From the NCBI GenBank assembly GCA_963924565.1, contig OZ004615.1:7936001-8000000 (forward strand): 64,000 bases of DNA, given 5' to 3'. The DNA comes from Ascidiella aspersa (lineage: Eukaryota). Below the pieces are notes generated by a model. That model was not told where the DNA came from, did no database searches, and saw nothing but the letters and a program-made list of their open reading frames with translations. A program made the translations under genes and the position numbers. The first letter of the stretch is position 1; every line of letters begins with the position of its first letter. Shown one piece after another: positions 27,201 through 42,200 of the stretch.

Positions 27201-30200
27201 TCTGGTGCGTGCAAAATCAGTTAGCCTAATTACGCTGCAGAACTTAGTAAGTGAGTTAAAGCCCACGATATGGGAACAGCAAAATGCCACGCTTGAAAAG
27301 GCACACGGGGGAGCATCTCAAGTCTTATCGATGCTCGGCACGGCCGTCTAGCTTTCTTGAACATGGCATTCTATCTCGCTGTACAAATTCCAGGTTTGTA
27401 GGCTTAGCGGACACATGGTAGAAGCCCAATATTGGTTTTGGGCGTGGGCTTTCTACAGTTTACGGTTCGTTCAGCGTGTAGGGGCGATTAAGCACTCATC
27501 GAGCGCTTGCTTATGAATTGAACATTTTTAATCGAATATTAGTCTGACAATTACATTTGTAGTAATCAATAGACCGAATTAAGGCTTTCGCTTGATTGTC
27601 CATATGTGACGTTTTATGGATAAGCGTTCCTAATAGCTAAAAAGCAAATTGCCTACTATTTGATTTAACTACGCCCCATTAAGGTTTTTTTTTATACATT
27701 GGGCCAATTAGAATGCTCTCCACACATGCCTTAGCGGGTCGGTCTGAGGCTTTTGGGCGGTGTTAGCGGTTATACTTCTACATACAATAGGTATCTCAAT
27801 TTTAAACTTTTGCAATAAAACCATTTCTTCTAATAAACAAAACCTTAAAACGGCAGTATTAGGGCAAAATGTGTCAGTAATATGCAACAATTTGTCGACA
27901 TGCGCAAACTGTAGAAAGAATTGTTAAGGAATCAGCTTGATATCCTTGATCAAATAGGAATTAGCAGTTTAACTATTGGGCACAACGCTGAATGAGGGGC
28001 TATTGTTATACAGGTGACACAGATTTACGGACTAATCGCTTTGTTCCCCCTATGACGGTGCTTTAACTGGCTTAATGCGCCGTACCGGCTTAGGTATGTC
28101 CTGTTCCGATACAAAGGCTGTTGTGTTTAAAATTACCCCCGTTGCAACAAGCGCGCAGGTTTGCGTATATCAAAGACGCCATTGTGCCGCTTCTTTAACT
28201 TTTAAATTTGCGCTGACAGGTATTATTACAAAAAAACAACTTACTAAGCCAACAGAAAGGTCATAACTAGCTACAAATTTGTGTAACACAAATCGTACGC
28301 CGAGCCGAGGTAATATATAAGACTATAGAGATGGTAGCGTTGTATAGGTAATATTGAAAACAGCTAAACTTATGTAGAACGTTTACAGGACTTTACCAAT
28401 TTAATAAATGGCTTGGATATCACAAATACCTCTAAAGGCAAACTTATAGCACCATACTCACAAGTGTTGTACGTATGGATTCCATTGGGATATTTTATAA
28501 TATAATGTTATAGTAGCATACTGAGTACTAGAAAAAGCAACGTGTAAGACCACCAGCAAAACAACTTCGCAACTGTTGTAATAACTTAGTATTTGGCTTT
28601 ATATTCTATTTTAATTTGGGCTTTAATTTTCACCCAAAACAAAATTAACTTGTCTTGTAGTAAATTTTTGATGAAAAGTCCGGATTGAATTAAACGTCAG
28701 AAGGCAGAACTAGCCAAGCGAACCGTTTACCGCAAATTAAACTTCGGGGTCACGAAGCTGCAGCCACGAAGCGACGTGAAGGTGTTAATATTGCTTTACA
28801 GCCCGGGCGCAATTAAACTAGAAACAACAAAGCCACTTGACTCACTTGGCACGACTGAAATGGAACAACGCAAGGACGGAAAATAAACAGAAAGGTCTCA
28901 GGTTGTTCACTTCGTCTCTCTTTTAGAGCGAAGCACGACACAAGCTTTCTGGTTAGAAATATAGTCGTAATAAAATTCAAACTGCTAATATTTGTGCAAG
29001 CACTATACAGCGTCTACTAGTAATCAGCTAAACATTACTGTGTGCCATAATGTATAGCCAACCGGTATTCTCATGCTCATTATTTACTAATTAATTATAT
29101 AAACAAAAGCTCAATCAAGTATTTTTGAGTGTCTTATTTATACTTTTTAGTATATAAGCTGGGTAACGCATTCTAGTTTCAATTATTAACCCTGATGAGA
29201 TCAGCTGGTATCTGCTGCCGAAACGTCAGTTTATACTTTGTTTACACCAGAAAAGTCTATTTTTATTTATTGATATGTTGCCTGGTGGAGCTAACTCTAT
29301 TTTTAAGTATTTTTGAGGTTTAACACTGATGCACATGGTAATTATGGTGCGCTTAATTTGTATCTGTCTTTCTTTTGCTAATTAATTCGGCACCATTGTT
29401 AATTTTATTTTTGTTGTAAAAAATCGCAAACATTTTCATGCTTTGAATCCAACCCATCTCGTTTTAAGGGCGCAATTATTTTTCATACAATGAACGGTGG
29501 TCGTCAGCAAACAACAAAACAGATCTTCGAACACACATCGCAGTAAAAGGTTTAAAGTAAAACACTTGTAAGAACAACATGTAGCTTTCAAAATACCCTC
29601 ACATGGGTTGATATTTTCGAACACGTGTGAGGCACTTTACGCCTCGTGAACTTATAAGGTTAGACATTTGTAAACGGCGAAGGTTTAGAGTTAAAAAATT
29701 GTAAAATACTGTGAGTTTATGTAGAAAGCATTTGGGCATTTTAACAGAACACCGGCGTGTATATCAGATGCGACACATTTATGGCAAAAGAAACGTGTTT
29801 CGATCGTGTTTGTCCCAGAAATAAGCAACAGTGCGTTGTCGCATTCACCAAGAGCAAAAAAAACGACAAAATGCCATCCTTTCGCAGATCTGCCCAGGAT
29901 AACGTTAACTGAAACGAACATACACGGCGGCTTAGAACAGCGAGATCGGCGCCTGAATACGAGCAAACCGAGTATGCCACAGCCTTGCAATAGCCCCAGG
30001 GCTGAACGGCAAGTGCATCGACTAAGTAACCACTTAATCTGGCTCAACGACCAACCGTAGGACGGCGTGATGCACCCTAGCTGGTTACGGCACGACACCT
30101 GATTTAGAAGTGAAGTATAAGCCGTAAACAAATCACATCACGCAAGCAGGACGCGGTCCTGGAAACTGTCACATTTCGGATGATTTATGGTCCCGAACGA

Positions 30201-33200
30201 TTGAGGAGCGTCCCACATATATATGACCCTTCGAACTCTTAACTATAAATATAAGTATTGGCAACCTCCTCAGCAAAAACGTCTGCTCTTTTCGTTGCGC
30301 AAATTTTGCATTACCTGCCAACAAACAGTAGTACACATACAAGTTTAAAATATCAGGTTTTAATAGAACAAGACAAATATATTTAAATTAGCTGAGATTA
30401 GATTAAAGTTACACTTTTATGATGTTGATCCAATAAATCATGTTGGGTCGGCATAACTGTAAGAGCCCAGCATGTCTTTACTATCATAGTATGCTAACAT
30501 CGAATAGCTATTCAAAACGGTTGCGATATGCTTTGGAAACGACGGTTAAAAACTTGTAAACAACATCGCAAATTCGAAATAGCAGACGCTCACTAGACCA
30601 TTAAGGGCTTACGGTTTGCGAAAGTGGAAAATCACAGGTTGTCAGTCGGAATTGAACGCAACAAGTGGCGTTTCAAGCTACTAGCTTTGTTTCCTGTGTA
30701 TACTTGCCTCTAAAACGGATGGAGCACCAGCCTAGAGAGAAATTCCCTATTCAATGTTCATCCTTTTACCGACCGCGCAAATCAAAAGTCAAGCTTCAAA
30801 AAGTCGTGACTGCGAGTTTGGAATTAACAGTAATTTATCTAAGCGAATGGTATTTGCACATCAATTATGCATTGTCGCTTAATTTTCTTTTTTAAACTGT
30901 CAACAGTTTTCTTACCCATATTCATTGGTACGTTTAAAAAAGTAAGAGATTGGATTTAAACATATCATACATAAGTAATAAAGTGAAACATAAAAAAACA
31001 GATACATACAACTGAATGTTTTTACTAACGCAGCTATAATAATTATGCTTCAAAGCCTAGGATTGCTCTGTACAAACCTGATTGCTTAAATCTTTCAACA
31101 GATAACTTCAATAAGTTTCCTGGAAAAGATCGCAGTAAATCCAACGAAACGCACTTTCAGTTGCAAATCTCGAATTACCTAAAGCGCCATTTGCAAATGG
31201 CGGCTCAGTTACATTTGTACAACGTTTGCCAATACAGATTCGAACAGTGGCCTTAACCTTAATTGTGGCCCAGTCCGCCGCTGTAAGACCTACAAACCTG
31301 TAATTAAAGGTACATTTTCAGCTCGCAGTCAACTCCAACGCAGCGAACCTGTTTGAACGCGGAAAATAACGAACGGTAACAGCAGCCTGAAGCGAAATGC
31401 AACTGGCAACTGAGATTCGCTTTCGCTATAGCGACGCACGCCGAAAAAAGGTAAGCTATTGTCGCCAACTGAAGAAAAACGACAAAGCCGCTCGCGGCAC
31501 CTTCTCGCCGGCATACGCGAGCCGTTATGCGCCAGTGCCGCCGTCATTTTTTTTTTCAAAAAACCAACGCCAGAAAGCCAGGCCCGTCGCGTCGACTGGC
31601 AGTCAAGCGTGCCCGCGGAGACGAATTCTTTGCACTTCCAAGCCATAACGAGGCGCTTTTTAAGGCGCAGGAATTTAAGGCCGACCAGCTCTCGCAGGGT
31701 CAGCAAGTCGTCGCGTTGCGTGACTTTATTCGCTGATCCCCTTGTAAAGAAAACAAACCTGCCTAAAATGTCTTAACCCACCTCGGTTTTTTACATAGGT
31801 TTGCCATTTTTGTACAAACGTTTGCATTTTATCAATTATTATCATATATTGGTTGCATTTTAAGCTCATTTCGTTATAGTTACTTGTTAAGAAAACAAAA
31901 CGAACGTAATTCGAAAGAATTCCTTGACTAACATATCAAGCTTAAACATTGAAGATACACTTCTACAGAACGACTTACACGGAACTTCAAACGGTTAAAA
32001 TATCCCGAGGGATACATAAAGCGCATAAAACAGGGTGAAAAAAAACATAAAGCGTTTCTAAAATGGACGAGGGCCAAATGTTAAGGATGGCAGAGAGAAG
32101 TCTTGAAATCAAACTGAGCCGTTCGATTACTGCGCGCTTCCGTATATATACGTTTAGATACGGCTATCCTGTAATGTAAGCAACGGCGGCGAAGCATCAA
32201 TTTAGCAGGTGTGGCACGTTTAGTTACTTATTGACAGCCGCCCAAAGGCTTGACATGCAAAATATACACGACCGGCGCAAAGCGTTTCGGCTGGTTGCGA
32301 TCGCCCGCTGGATAAGAGGAGCCGGTATGGGCCAAAAACCAGCCTTTTTGCCACTAATGGTATGTTGTGCACACCAGGTTGCCACACACCGTTAGTTTAC
32401 AGCTAAACCTGTCGCACTTGGCAATGGACCGTGGCATGTTGCCATAATCATGTTCTCGTATGACGCATATTTTCAGCTGTTTGTAGAAATCACCAGTTCT
32501 TGTCTAACATCGAAGTATTTGCCCATTTTGAAGCCCAAAAATCCTACCAAAAAAAAATCTTACATAGTAAAGCTACATTGACTTAATTGTTTACCACCTG
32601 TAAACACACATATATAACTCTAGTTCCCTGTTATTGATTGCAACCTATGGCATACAGAAACCTTATAACCGACAAAGTCCTATTGAGTGTGCTACCAGTG
32701 TTATAATGACTAGCTAATGACTTGCATTTAAGAGACTGTACTTTGGCTTGGAACGGACTTGCTCTTATTATGACTCGACTGGGACTTAATTTGGACTAGG
32801 ACTTGACTTGTGAATTGGTCAAAAAGACATCACTTAGACTCTTGGTATTTTACAGATAAAATTACTGGGTCTTAGGTCATTTCAAAATGACTCGTTTACA
32901 ACACTGTGTTAAATTTCACAAAATATAACTCTAGTAACTAATAGGCAATTATTTCACCATAGGAAGGTTTTTTAGCCAGTAAATAACAAGTAGAAGACGT
33001 TTAACACCACAAGTCGCAATTATAGCAACTGGCTTTTCTAGTCTCCGAATGCGTTTAACCCAGATGAATTGGACGCTTTCCAGTGCGTGTTATTCGCGAT
33101 ACGCATTAAAATCCCTTCAGCCGGAATTCGGCGAAGTGGGTTTTGACGCTGGGACCACACGCGTATCGTCAACTCAGCGGCAATTAAGACTAAAAATAGC

Positions 33201-36200
33201 GGCTCACGGAAACGTCGTGTTTGTGTCGGTCGGCATTAGGGGTGTCAAAACATCATCATAATCATCTCCGAAATGCACAAGGGATAGCAAGTTGAGCGGC
33301 CAATGAAACGCGTTCGTTTTAAGCTGTTCTGCGGATCGCTTACAGCTAAAGACGCATGTAACGCCTCAGGCCTTCAACGTCGGCAAATGCGTTAAGCTCG
33401 CTTAAGTCAGTAAACCTAGGAAGAAGAAACAGCCTTCGCAACAAAGTTGCTTCTCGCCGCTGCGAAATGTACATTATACAAATGCTATTAAAGAATGCTT
33501 TAGCCGTTCGAAAAGAATAAACAAAAACAAAATTCTTAGACATCGTTAAATCAAATCCGCACACGTACCGATAATTCTGTTAACACAAACACATTTTTAA
33601 CCGTTTTGCAGCTACAGAAACATTCTTTCGGCTTCACATTTATTTGGCATTTCAGACAACACCAGTGAACAATTCTAGCCACTGAATTATTTTAAGGTCA
33701 AATTTTATTAACCATTTACAAAAACAGTTCAAAGGTTTCTAAATGTAAGATAACAAGCAAAAAGCTGTTTTCTTGGACCTTGGCCTGCACGTACAATTTT
33801 CAAGGAGAACATTTTTCGTTGGTTTCATTTTGCGGGCAAATTTGCCAGAACATAGGCGGGGTATATAAGTTTAACGACGCAACAGCTGATGCCCGTTTGC
33901 AAACAAAGCATGTATGTATACGCCCGTTAAAGGGCTACAACTTGGAAGCGAAAGGTATAAACTTTAATCTCGGTTGCGATTTACGAGGGCTGGAAAAACG
34001 ACACCCACTCCCTCCCGACAACTGTCAAACGTACGTGCTTAAAGACGGAAACTCCTCTATTGATTATTTCAAGACCTTGGCAATTCGCAGTTCGACGTTC
34101 AAATGATGGATAGCAGGTGATAAAATATTGGCAGGTTATTTGGAAATGGTCGCTGATGCCCAGGCGAGTTTTAGCTTTATTTTGCGAGCTTCGGCCAAAC
34201 GGTATATGAGAAATATTTGTTATGACGTGCAAGGTGCCATCAGCTGGATTTAGCTGGCGTCAAAAAAAATAGAGCGATATTTTGATTTCGCACATTTTAA
34301 TTTAGGGTACGTGTTTGCGTAAATCAGATGCATGATGCATTTTGTGTCAATATTAGTGCACAAATTGTACATATTAGTTAACTGCATGTAGAAATTGAAC
34401 TTTAAAAGAAGTATTATAAGCAAATAACTCGGAATCGTTAATTTGGTCACTCTATTTGAACAAAATTAAGTTGTCATTGAGTAACTGACAATATTCAATC
34501 AGACTTAATGAGGGTTCCTTCTATGACAACCATGGCACCACATGCCATAATTGATGGTTTGCGCATAATTAATGGTGCATTAGCAGCACGCTTAGTGAAA
34601 ACGTTTATGAGCATTTGCCACGCCTAAAAAAGATAATGGCGATTGGCGTCTGAAACCTTCTACACGGGAAAAGCACAGCAGTCACCCGTTACTTTCAATA
34701 CTTTAATAATAAGACTGCTAACAGTTCATAAATAAAATAAAAAAGTTTTTCAAAAAAGCTTCAGGACTTTAGATTAGTATCTTCGCTACGCAATCAACCA
34801 CAACGGACTTAGTTACGCTATTGGGTGACGTAATATCTATAGACTTCAGTTTGCCCTTTTCGATAAAACTACATGTAATAGTGTGTTTGGCCTTCCTTTA
34901 TAATTCCATAGCAAATCCGTGTCACTAAAATGCTAAAATTACCTTAATTGGCTAAAAAAAGAGGTGCGTGAAACGCATATACATACACCCAAACACTTCA
35001 CATCCACTCACTAACTCAATTAGCTATATTATTTAACATTTAAGGCAACTTAATCAATAGTAAAAAGAGGCCTTTGTTGTATACAAGCGCATTACTTCAT
35101 CGAACTGGCCACCAGTCTTCGATTTACCATGTTATGATAGTGATGACGGTTTTTGAAACTAAAACGCTTGTAATCGTACGTTCCAATGTTAGAAGATCAT
35201 TGGATTTTAGCAAAGTCCACGGTTCAGCCGCAAAGTTCTTAGTATTGATAAGGCGGCAATGGGTAAGATGTATGGGCATATTTGCTATTCGAACGGCCCT
35301 CAAATACCGTCATAAAACCAACAATCCGCTTTGGGAAACGACAGTGAAGGCTAAGACTGAGGATAATAAACAACTTTAAAGCTGTGTTAGACGCCAGTGC
35401 GATTAAGGCATTTCACGGATTTTTAAAGAATTATACTTTGAAACAACGTTAAAAAACGTTTTTAAGTGTTTCGCCGTTCGATTTTTACTCATCTATATGT
35501 CACTACATCTATACTACGTCAACACTTTTTTATATCTGTCCCAATAAAGATATTTTGTCCAATTTTACGGAAGTTTACTTATTGCGAATTGATTTAGTGT
35601 GTTACTAAATGGGGAAACACATCACTAACCTCTATTTGACACTAGAATTGAAGTAAAAGCTAATTAGAATTGTATTCTTATGGACAACGTACTTTTAAAA
35701 ATCACACGTTAATGTATTTAACTTATTTTAGTTAAGCGGCACAAAGGTCAAACGCACTTTTTCTAACTAACTATCAATCTGTTCTTTACTGTAAAGTCTG
35801 CATCACATTTTATGGAAAATCTTAAGACCGCCATACAGCTATTTTATACAGAACTCGAAAACGGGGGCGCTATTCTATTTTGTCCCATTGCCACTAACTT
35901 GCAAAATCTAATATAGTCGCTCACAACACCATGCAAAAAACTGAATCGTTCCTAGCTTCGATTGGTCTTCGGCAAACAATCGTATCGCAGCACAAAGCGT
36001 ACGGAATGGCATAAGTGGTCGCCTCACGTAACGCACGGGGGCGACTCAAACCAACAAAACCAACAACTTGGAGAGCGACCAAAGGCCGGTTTGCTTGTCG
36101 TAGTCGGGCTCTTGCCTCTCCAGGTATACTCTGCCATCCAAGTCGCGGATTGGCTCTCCAAGCCAAGTCTAGTTTTGACTTCGCGGGCGGTCCTAATGTT

Positions 36201-39200
36201 TGCTCAAGGTTTTCGTCTATGAAGCGGCTGATCTGAGTCGCCAGTTGTACGTGGCTTGTCGATACGCGAATGCACATTCCGCCTTTTTTTCCTGTGGTTC
36301 CAATGGAACATACAGCGACACTGTCACAGGAGAAATCGAGCGGTTTTTAAGGGGACATTACGATCGCTAGAAACCCCTTATACTGCATGCAAAATTTTGA
36401 CCATGGTTGTTGACTGAAACATGCTCCAGTGCCAGGTTGCAATTGAGGCGGGTCAGTTTTACGTAAACTACACCTTAAACTTATCACGACTCGGTCGCGG
36501 TAAATTCCAGCGCTGTTAAAACACGTTGCCCCACGAAGTATTGACAAACGTTTTGGACCTGTTAAGCGTTAAAAAAAGAAAACAGTGCAGATTTAGACCT
36601 TTTTAGACCTCCGCGATAGTTTATGGGACAATCAAACACGGTAATATGATACACCTTGAATATATGTTCAGATGCAGCTATTCTGCAATATAGCGTCATT
36701 GCTGTGTAGGAAATGTGCGTTTTGAAGCATGTATTTCGATCAAGAAATCGCTTTGACAAGAAAGCATAACAACGGGTGAAGGTTGTAGGTGGACGTGGAA
36801 TAAATATTCAAGCCAATACAAAAATGAATAAAGAATGATTCGCAACGTGCAAAAAACACTACCTACTTCTTTATGGGCTCTGCTATTCCTTAAATAGCCC
36901 TAAACTGTTTGTAACTTGAATCCCAGTTTTAAATTCAGGGCGTTTCTGACATTTGTCAAAACTGGAAACCTACCGCGCTTTCCGAAATGACACGAATGCA
37001 AAGAAGATTACATCGAACCACATCCTGAGAAGATAAACGACCGACCATTTGTTCCCCACTGCCGTCCGTTCTATTTGACCGGCCGAATGATTTATCACCA
37101 ATCTGGCCGTTGCCGCAAGCAAATTATGGAAGCAAACTTTTCACTGCTGCAAAATGTCGCATATACGGCAACATATCTGGCTGTAAAAGCATAACATCAT
37201 TTTCCGTTTCATTTACGATTGTCGGCATTGGACTGATATGAGCACAGCGAATACAAGAGGAGAATTTCAAGCCAAAAGTTTTTCAAATTAGCGCGAATCT
37301 GCGGTTTCATATCGGCTTTACCAAGTAAGCCGATTCTTTCAGGAATGCGTTTAAAGTTGCTTACTAGCTTGAAGCTAATCAAGATGTCGACAATTCCTTA
37401 ATCTTGACACTGCCATAAACGTAAGGCCATAAATCAATTTACAATGTTGTCACATCTCACTACGCAACCTTTCCTTTTGGATTTTACCTATCCAAATCGT
37501 AAAATAAACCATCATGTAACATACTGAATGGTTTACGCAATCTTTCTTCTTTAAATCCGACGCTGCGCAATCGCAGGCAAAAATCACTCTGCGACTATGT
37601 GACATTGATTTGCGAGAAGGACCCCTATAAATTCGCCACAAAACCTCTTGAGCGCGTTTACGTGGAAACACGCACCAGCTCTTATCGTTGGTTCTTGTCA
37701 GACGTCGGCTGCAAACCGCACGGCATTCGCCTTAATCCGACACTTTCCCATTTTCTTGCCAGGCACCCGCGGCCGTTCTATTTGTCGAAAAAAAAAAATC
37801 GCCGAAAAATGCCAAAAACGCAACGCCCCAAGCAAAAGGGTCAGGTGACCTCAGCTCAACCAATCAGAGGCCACTTTCGCTTGCACGCTTGCCTGAGCGC
37901 GAAAAGGTCGTGTTACTCTCGCAAAAATAGTCGTCTTGCTTGCTTGCAATACAAATCACCTTTGCTGCCATCACAAAAAACTCCGCTGTCAAAAAAACCA
38001 TGGAAAAAGTTAAGGGGAACTTTGGTAATACAATTTTAAGTACAAAAGAACTTTATAAAGCGATGAAAAAAAACGGATTTTTTTAACTTTACCAGGGCAT
38101 ACTTTATTTTAGCGTTGAAAATGATGGTGTTGTTGCTTTTATCAAGATTTTAATGAATTTTTTATTTTTATTTTTAAAAACATTAAAACCAGCTGAATAA
38201 TTACGACATTTATGAGTTTTAGAACTTTGAATAATAAATAGTTTCTGTATGCATCACCTACTTTAGTTTAATGTTTAACATTTACCGCCATCTAGCGGAT
38301 GAAATAAAAATAAAGTACCGTGGGTTAAATTATCTACACACATGGCTCATGCATATTCTTTGGTAGATAAATTTATTGTTTTAAAGTGGCATTTTAAAAC
38401 CATGTGGCAATTTTTTTACATTACATTTACGAAAATGTATCGATTAATGCGCGCTTAAAATACTATAAAGTAACAAATAATGAGTCATGGTTCTGTCTTG
38501 GCTACAAATATTTAAATATGACAATTTTACTGCAAGAAGGTGAAAGGCACGATAAAAACACATGACTCAGCTGCCGTGTCCGTATTAACCAATAAACAAT
38601 AACACGTTTTTAGGAAAATGGCAATCCTCCAACCCTAATGATCCATGCCACGGCGGCACAATAACGATAGTAAAGTAAAACAAAAAATAACCAACCGCAA
38701 ATGGCCATACTCTCAAAACATCAAACCTTCGTTTCCTTCTGGCCGACCCAAATCAACTAACCTTTAACCTCGTGACCTTACACCAGTGATTCCCAAACTT
38801 TTTTTCTCGCGAACCATTTTGAGCTTTTGTACAGTGTTGATGTACCACCTAAGTTACACCTTACCAGAATATCTCAAACTTTAACTCAGTGGTTCTTAAC
38901 CTTTTTTCAGCCGCGCCCCCCTTTGGTAATTTTCTCATGCCTTGCGCCCCCCTAATATTTCGACATTTTGCAATTAAATATCACTGAGAAAACAGGAAAA
39001 TAGTGAAGGAAGGGATTGTTGGTCGCGCGAAGCGCGAAAAATTTTGAGTTTTAGTTGGTCGAATTGGCTAAACTGCAACCGAAGAGGCGTTTCGCATTGG
39101 GCACGCAACAAATTGCGCGAGCTCGACACATTGATTTTATCGAGCTGATTTTGACAAACGTGTTGCGAGGGCATTTACTCCACAGTTGTAAGAGTTATTA

Positions 39201-42200
39201 TGTCGAGCGCAAAAAATGTCAAGCGCAAATATTAAACATTGCGTTATCGTGTTTCAAAAGATGTAACGACACACAATACAACGGCAATATTGCAAAAACA
39301 ATATAGTTTCGCGCAAAAAAAGTTCGACTCCCCCTGTTGCTATAACCTGTTATCATATATAAAATATGGATGAAAAATAGTCCGAAAGGGCGATAGCTTT
39401 TATCGTTTATCTATAAGTTAATTTAATAGGACGGTGATACCATGGATTTTCTAAAAGGGAACTATAAGATTCGCGCGCAGCGCGAAAATTTTTGCAGTTT
39501 TAATGTTAAAGTTGGCAAAAAACAGAGTTTGTATGTAGGAATTATGCCTAACCCAAACGAAACCATTAAAATCACTGCAAAAATTAAAAATATATAAAGT
39601 CGAGCTCGCGCCCCCCTTAGAATTCCTTGGCGCACCCCTAGGGGGGCGCGCCCCCCCCCCCCCCGGTTAAGAACCGCGAACCGCTGCTTTAACTATTTTA
39701 GCATATTATACAAAATAAGTAAGCAGAATTAAACTTTACCAAACGCCATACCAGGAAGACAAAGAAGCCATAAATTAAACAAAACCCAAGGTTCAATGCG
39801 ATAGTTGTTGTTTCTTCACCAGCTGGTCGATACATACTACAACTACACCGCTCACTATTAGTTTATTACTACATATATATTAAACCAGCTAACAATTAGC
39901 GTTTTATTATCTTGAACAAGATAAGTGTTACGTCATAAACGTGCGAAACCTCAAGTTAAAGGTAACTAAAACGCAGCACGGCAAATTACCCAATCTGAAA
40001 GTTTAAAAAGTTGAACGTTTTCGAAATTTATACGTATGCTGAAGTTAGTCGCGTACCACCTGAAAGACTCTCGCGTACCACCGGTGGTACGCGTACCACA
40101 GTTTGGGAACCACTGCCTTACACCCTTGACTACAGGCGCCGAACGGCAATAACAATGCTCATTCGCTTTACGTTTATGGGTGATAATTGTCCGTTCGCTC
40201 GATGGGAAACTTATGACTCACTTGCCACGCCTACACGATAGCAAACGATGACCAATTTCGGCGAAAGTCAATGTTGTGCGAATGCCAGAGGACAGAGTCT
40301 GTCGCCTTATGGCGTGCAAATACCGAAAATCGCTATAACGTGCGGAAAACACAAGGGAAATTTCCTAGCAGCAATAAGTCCCCAATCAAAATTACCAAAG
40401 GTAAGGAAAATATTTAAACAATAAACTTATTAGTAGAATAAAGGAAAAAATATTATCCTTTTACACACAATAATTATGTATTTTTTCATCATGGCCAATT
40501 TTATAAAAATTGTGCGAACAACGCGATCTTCTATAGTTTTTTGTTAAGCACAATTTTTGTTACACTTTGTCGACCAAACCCTCTATGAAACGTCATGGAC
40601 TTCAATACAGACTTTGGAACAGCAATAGATAATTTTCCATGTTTACTACGATTTATACGTAAGTTGATCACATTTTAAAGAGAAGTTTTTAGAACTCTCT
40701 GGAGTCTATCAGTGAATCACCAAAAGAACAACAAACGCTGCCTTTTCGGCTTTTGTGGTCGTTGCCCACATCCCATTGGACGAAAAGAAGAATGACTCAC
40801 TTTTTGCACGCTTCATGCCAATAAACAATCGCGCCCTTTTTTCAGAAAAGGACAACGTTGCGCGAATGTAATTCGACCATGAAAGGAGTGGGGGAGGGGG
40901 TACAATGCTATTACACCTAAACGCGTGAAACAAAGATATTGCAAAAAAAATAGTAATTAGAACAGTAGAAAATAAACTTTTTCTGGTTTACAATAATTGC
41001 ATGACATGGCCCCCCCCCATTTGTTTGACAGATTAATTTTGGCTGCAAAGAAAAACGCTTTATGCCAATAAACAATCGCGCCCTTTTTTCAGAAAAGGAC
41101 AACGTTGCGCGAATGTAATTCGACCATGAAAGGAGTGGGGGAGGTGGTACAATGCTATTACACCTAAACGCGTGAAACAAAGATATTGCAAAAAAAATAG
41201 TAATTAGAACAGTAGAAAATAAACTTTTTCTGGTTTACAATAATTGCATGACATGGCCCCCCCATTTGTTTGACAGATTAATTTTGGCTGCAAAGAAAAA
41301 CAATTATAGCTACCAGCAGTATAGGATGCCAACATTTTGCTGGTAAGGTAGGGTTTCAAACGCTTTACGTCAGTGACACTTTCAACGTACTGTTTGTGTA
41401 TACCGATATCGGGATACAGAGGGAGAGGGATGCCCGATAGAATCCGATTTGAGTCATGTGCGTTACCAGGTTGTAATATTGGTACTTGTCTGCTATGGTC
41501 GTATCAGTGTTCGATACCAAACTGACAAGGGAATTGCAGCCTTGGTTTAACATCCCCTACAGTGTTTTCTTTCCTAATTATTTTAGAAAGAAATGAACAA
41601 CGTAAAGTAATAATTTATGTTAAACTCAAGCCATTTATAACCTGTAATAAGTTAATCTGAAACGATTTAATTTCATCTATTGTCCTAATATATAGAAATG
41701 TGGTTATTTGCTTCGGAACAGATGAGTGAATTTTGATATCGGTATCTGTATGGGTATCGGAACAAAATACGAAGTATATAGGACATCCCTACTTCATAGC
41801 ACACCATTACCACCAATTTGGGGGTGAATACACTATGACTTGATAGGGATTGTTTATTTTTAGAAACACAGAATCTTATAGCTTGTTAAGCCTTGTTGCA
41901 GTTTTACGATGGTTTTATTTTAAAGGAAGTCACCTGTTAGAGCTATAGATTTCAAATTCAGATCGTGTAGCACGTTTTGTATTGCAAAAATATAAAAAAA
42001 GCGGGACAGTGTACACTGTACACATACATGGAACAAGTTTTCATATACAAGAAGGCTAGCCCAAAACGACATTACATGTTTAGGTTTGGCTTATAAAGAT
42101 GAACATAAATTATACTTAATGCTGCGCCTCTAAATGTCTTACTGTATTTCGCTTCTGTTTGTCCAATTTAATCGTTTTGTCATTACAGAAAGAAATAGAG

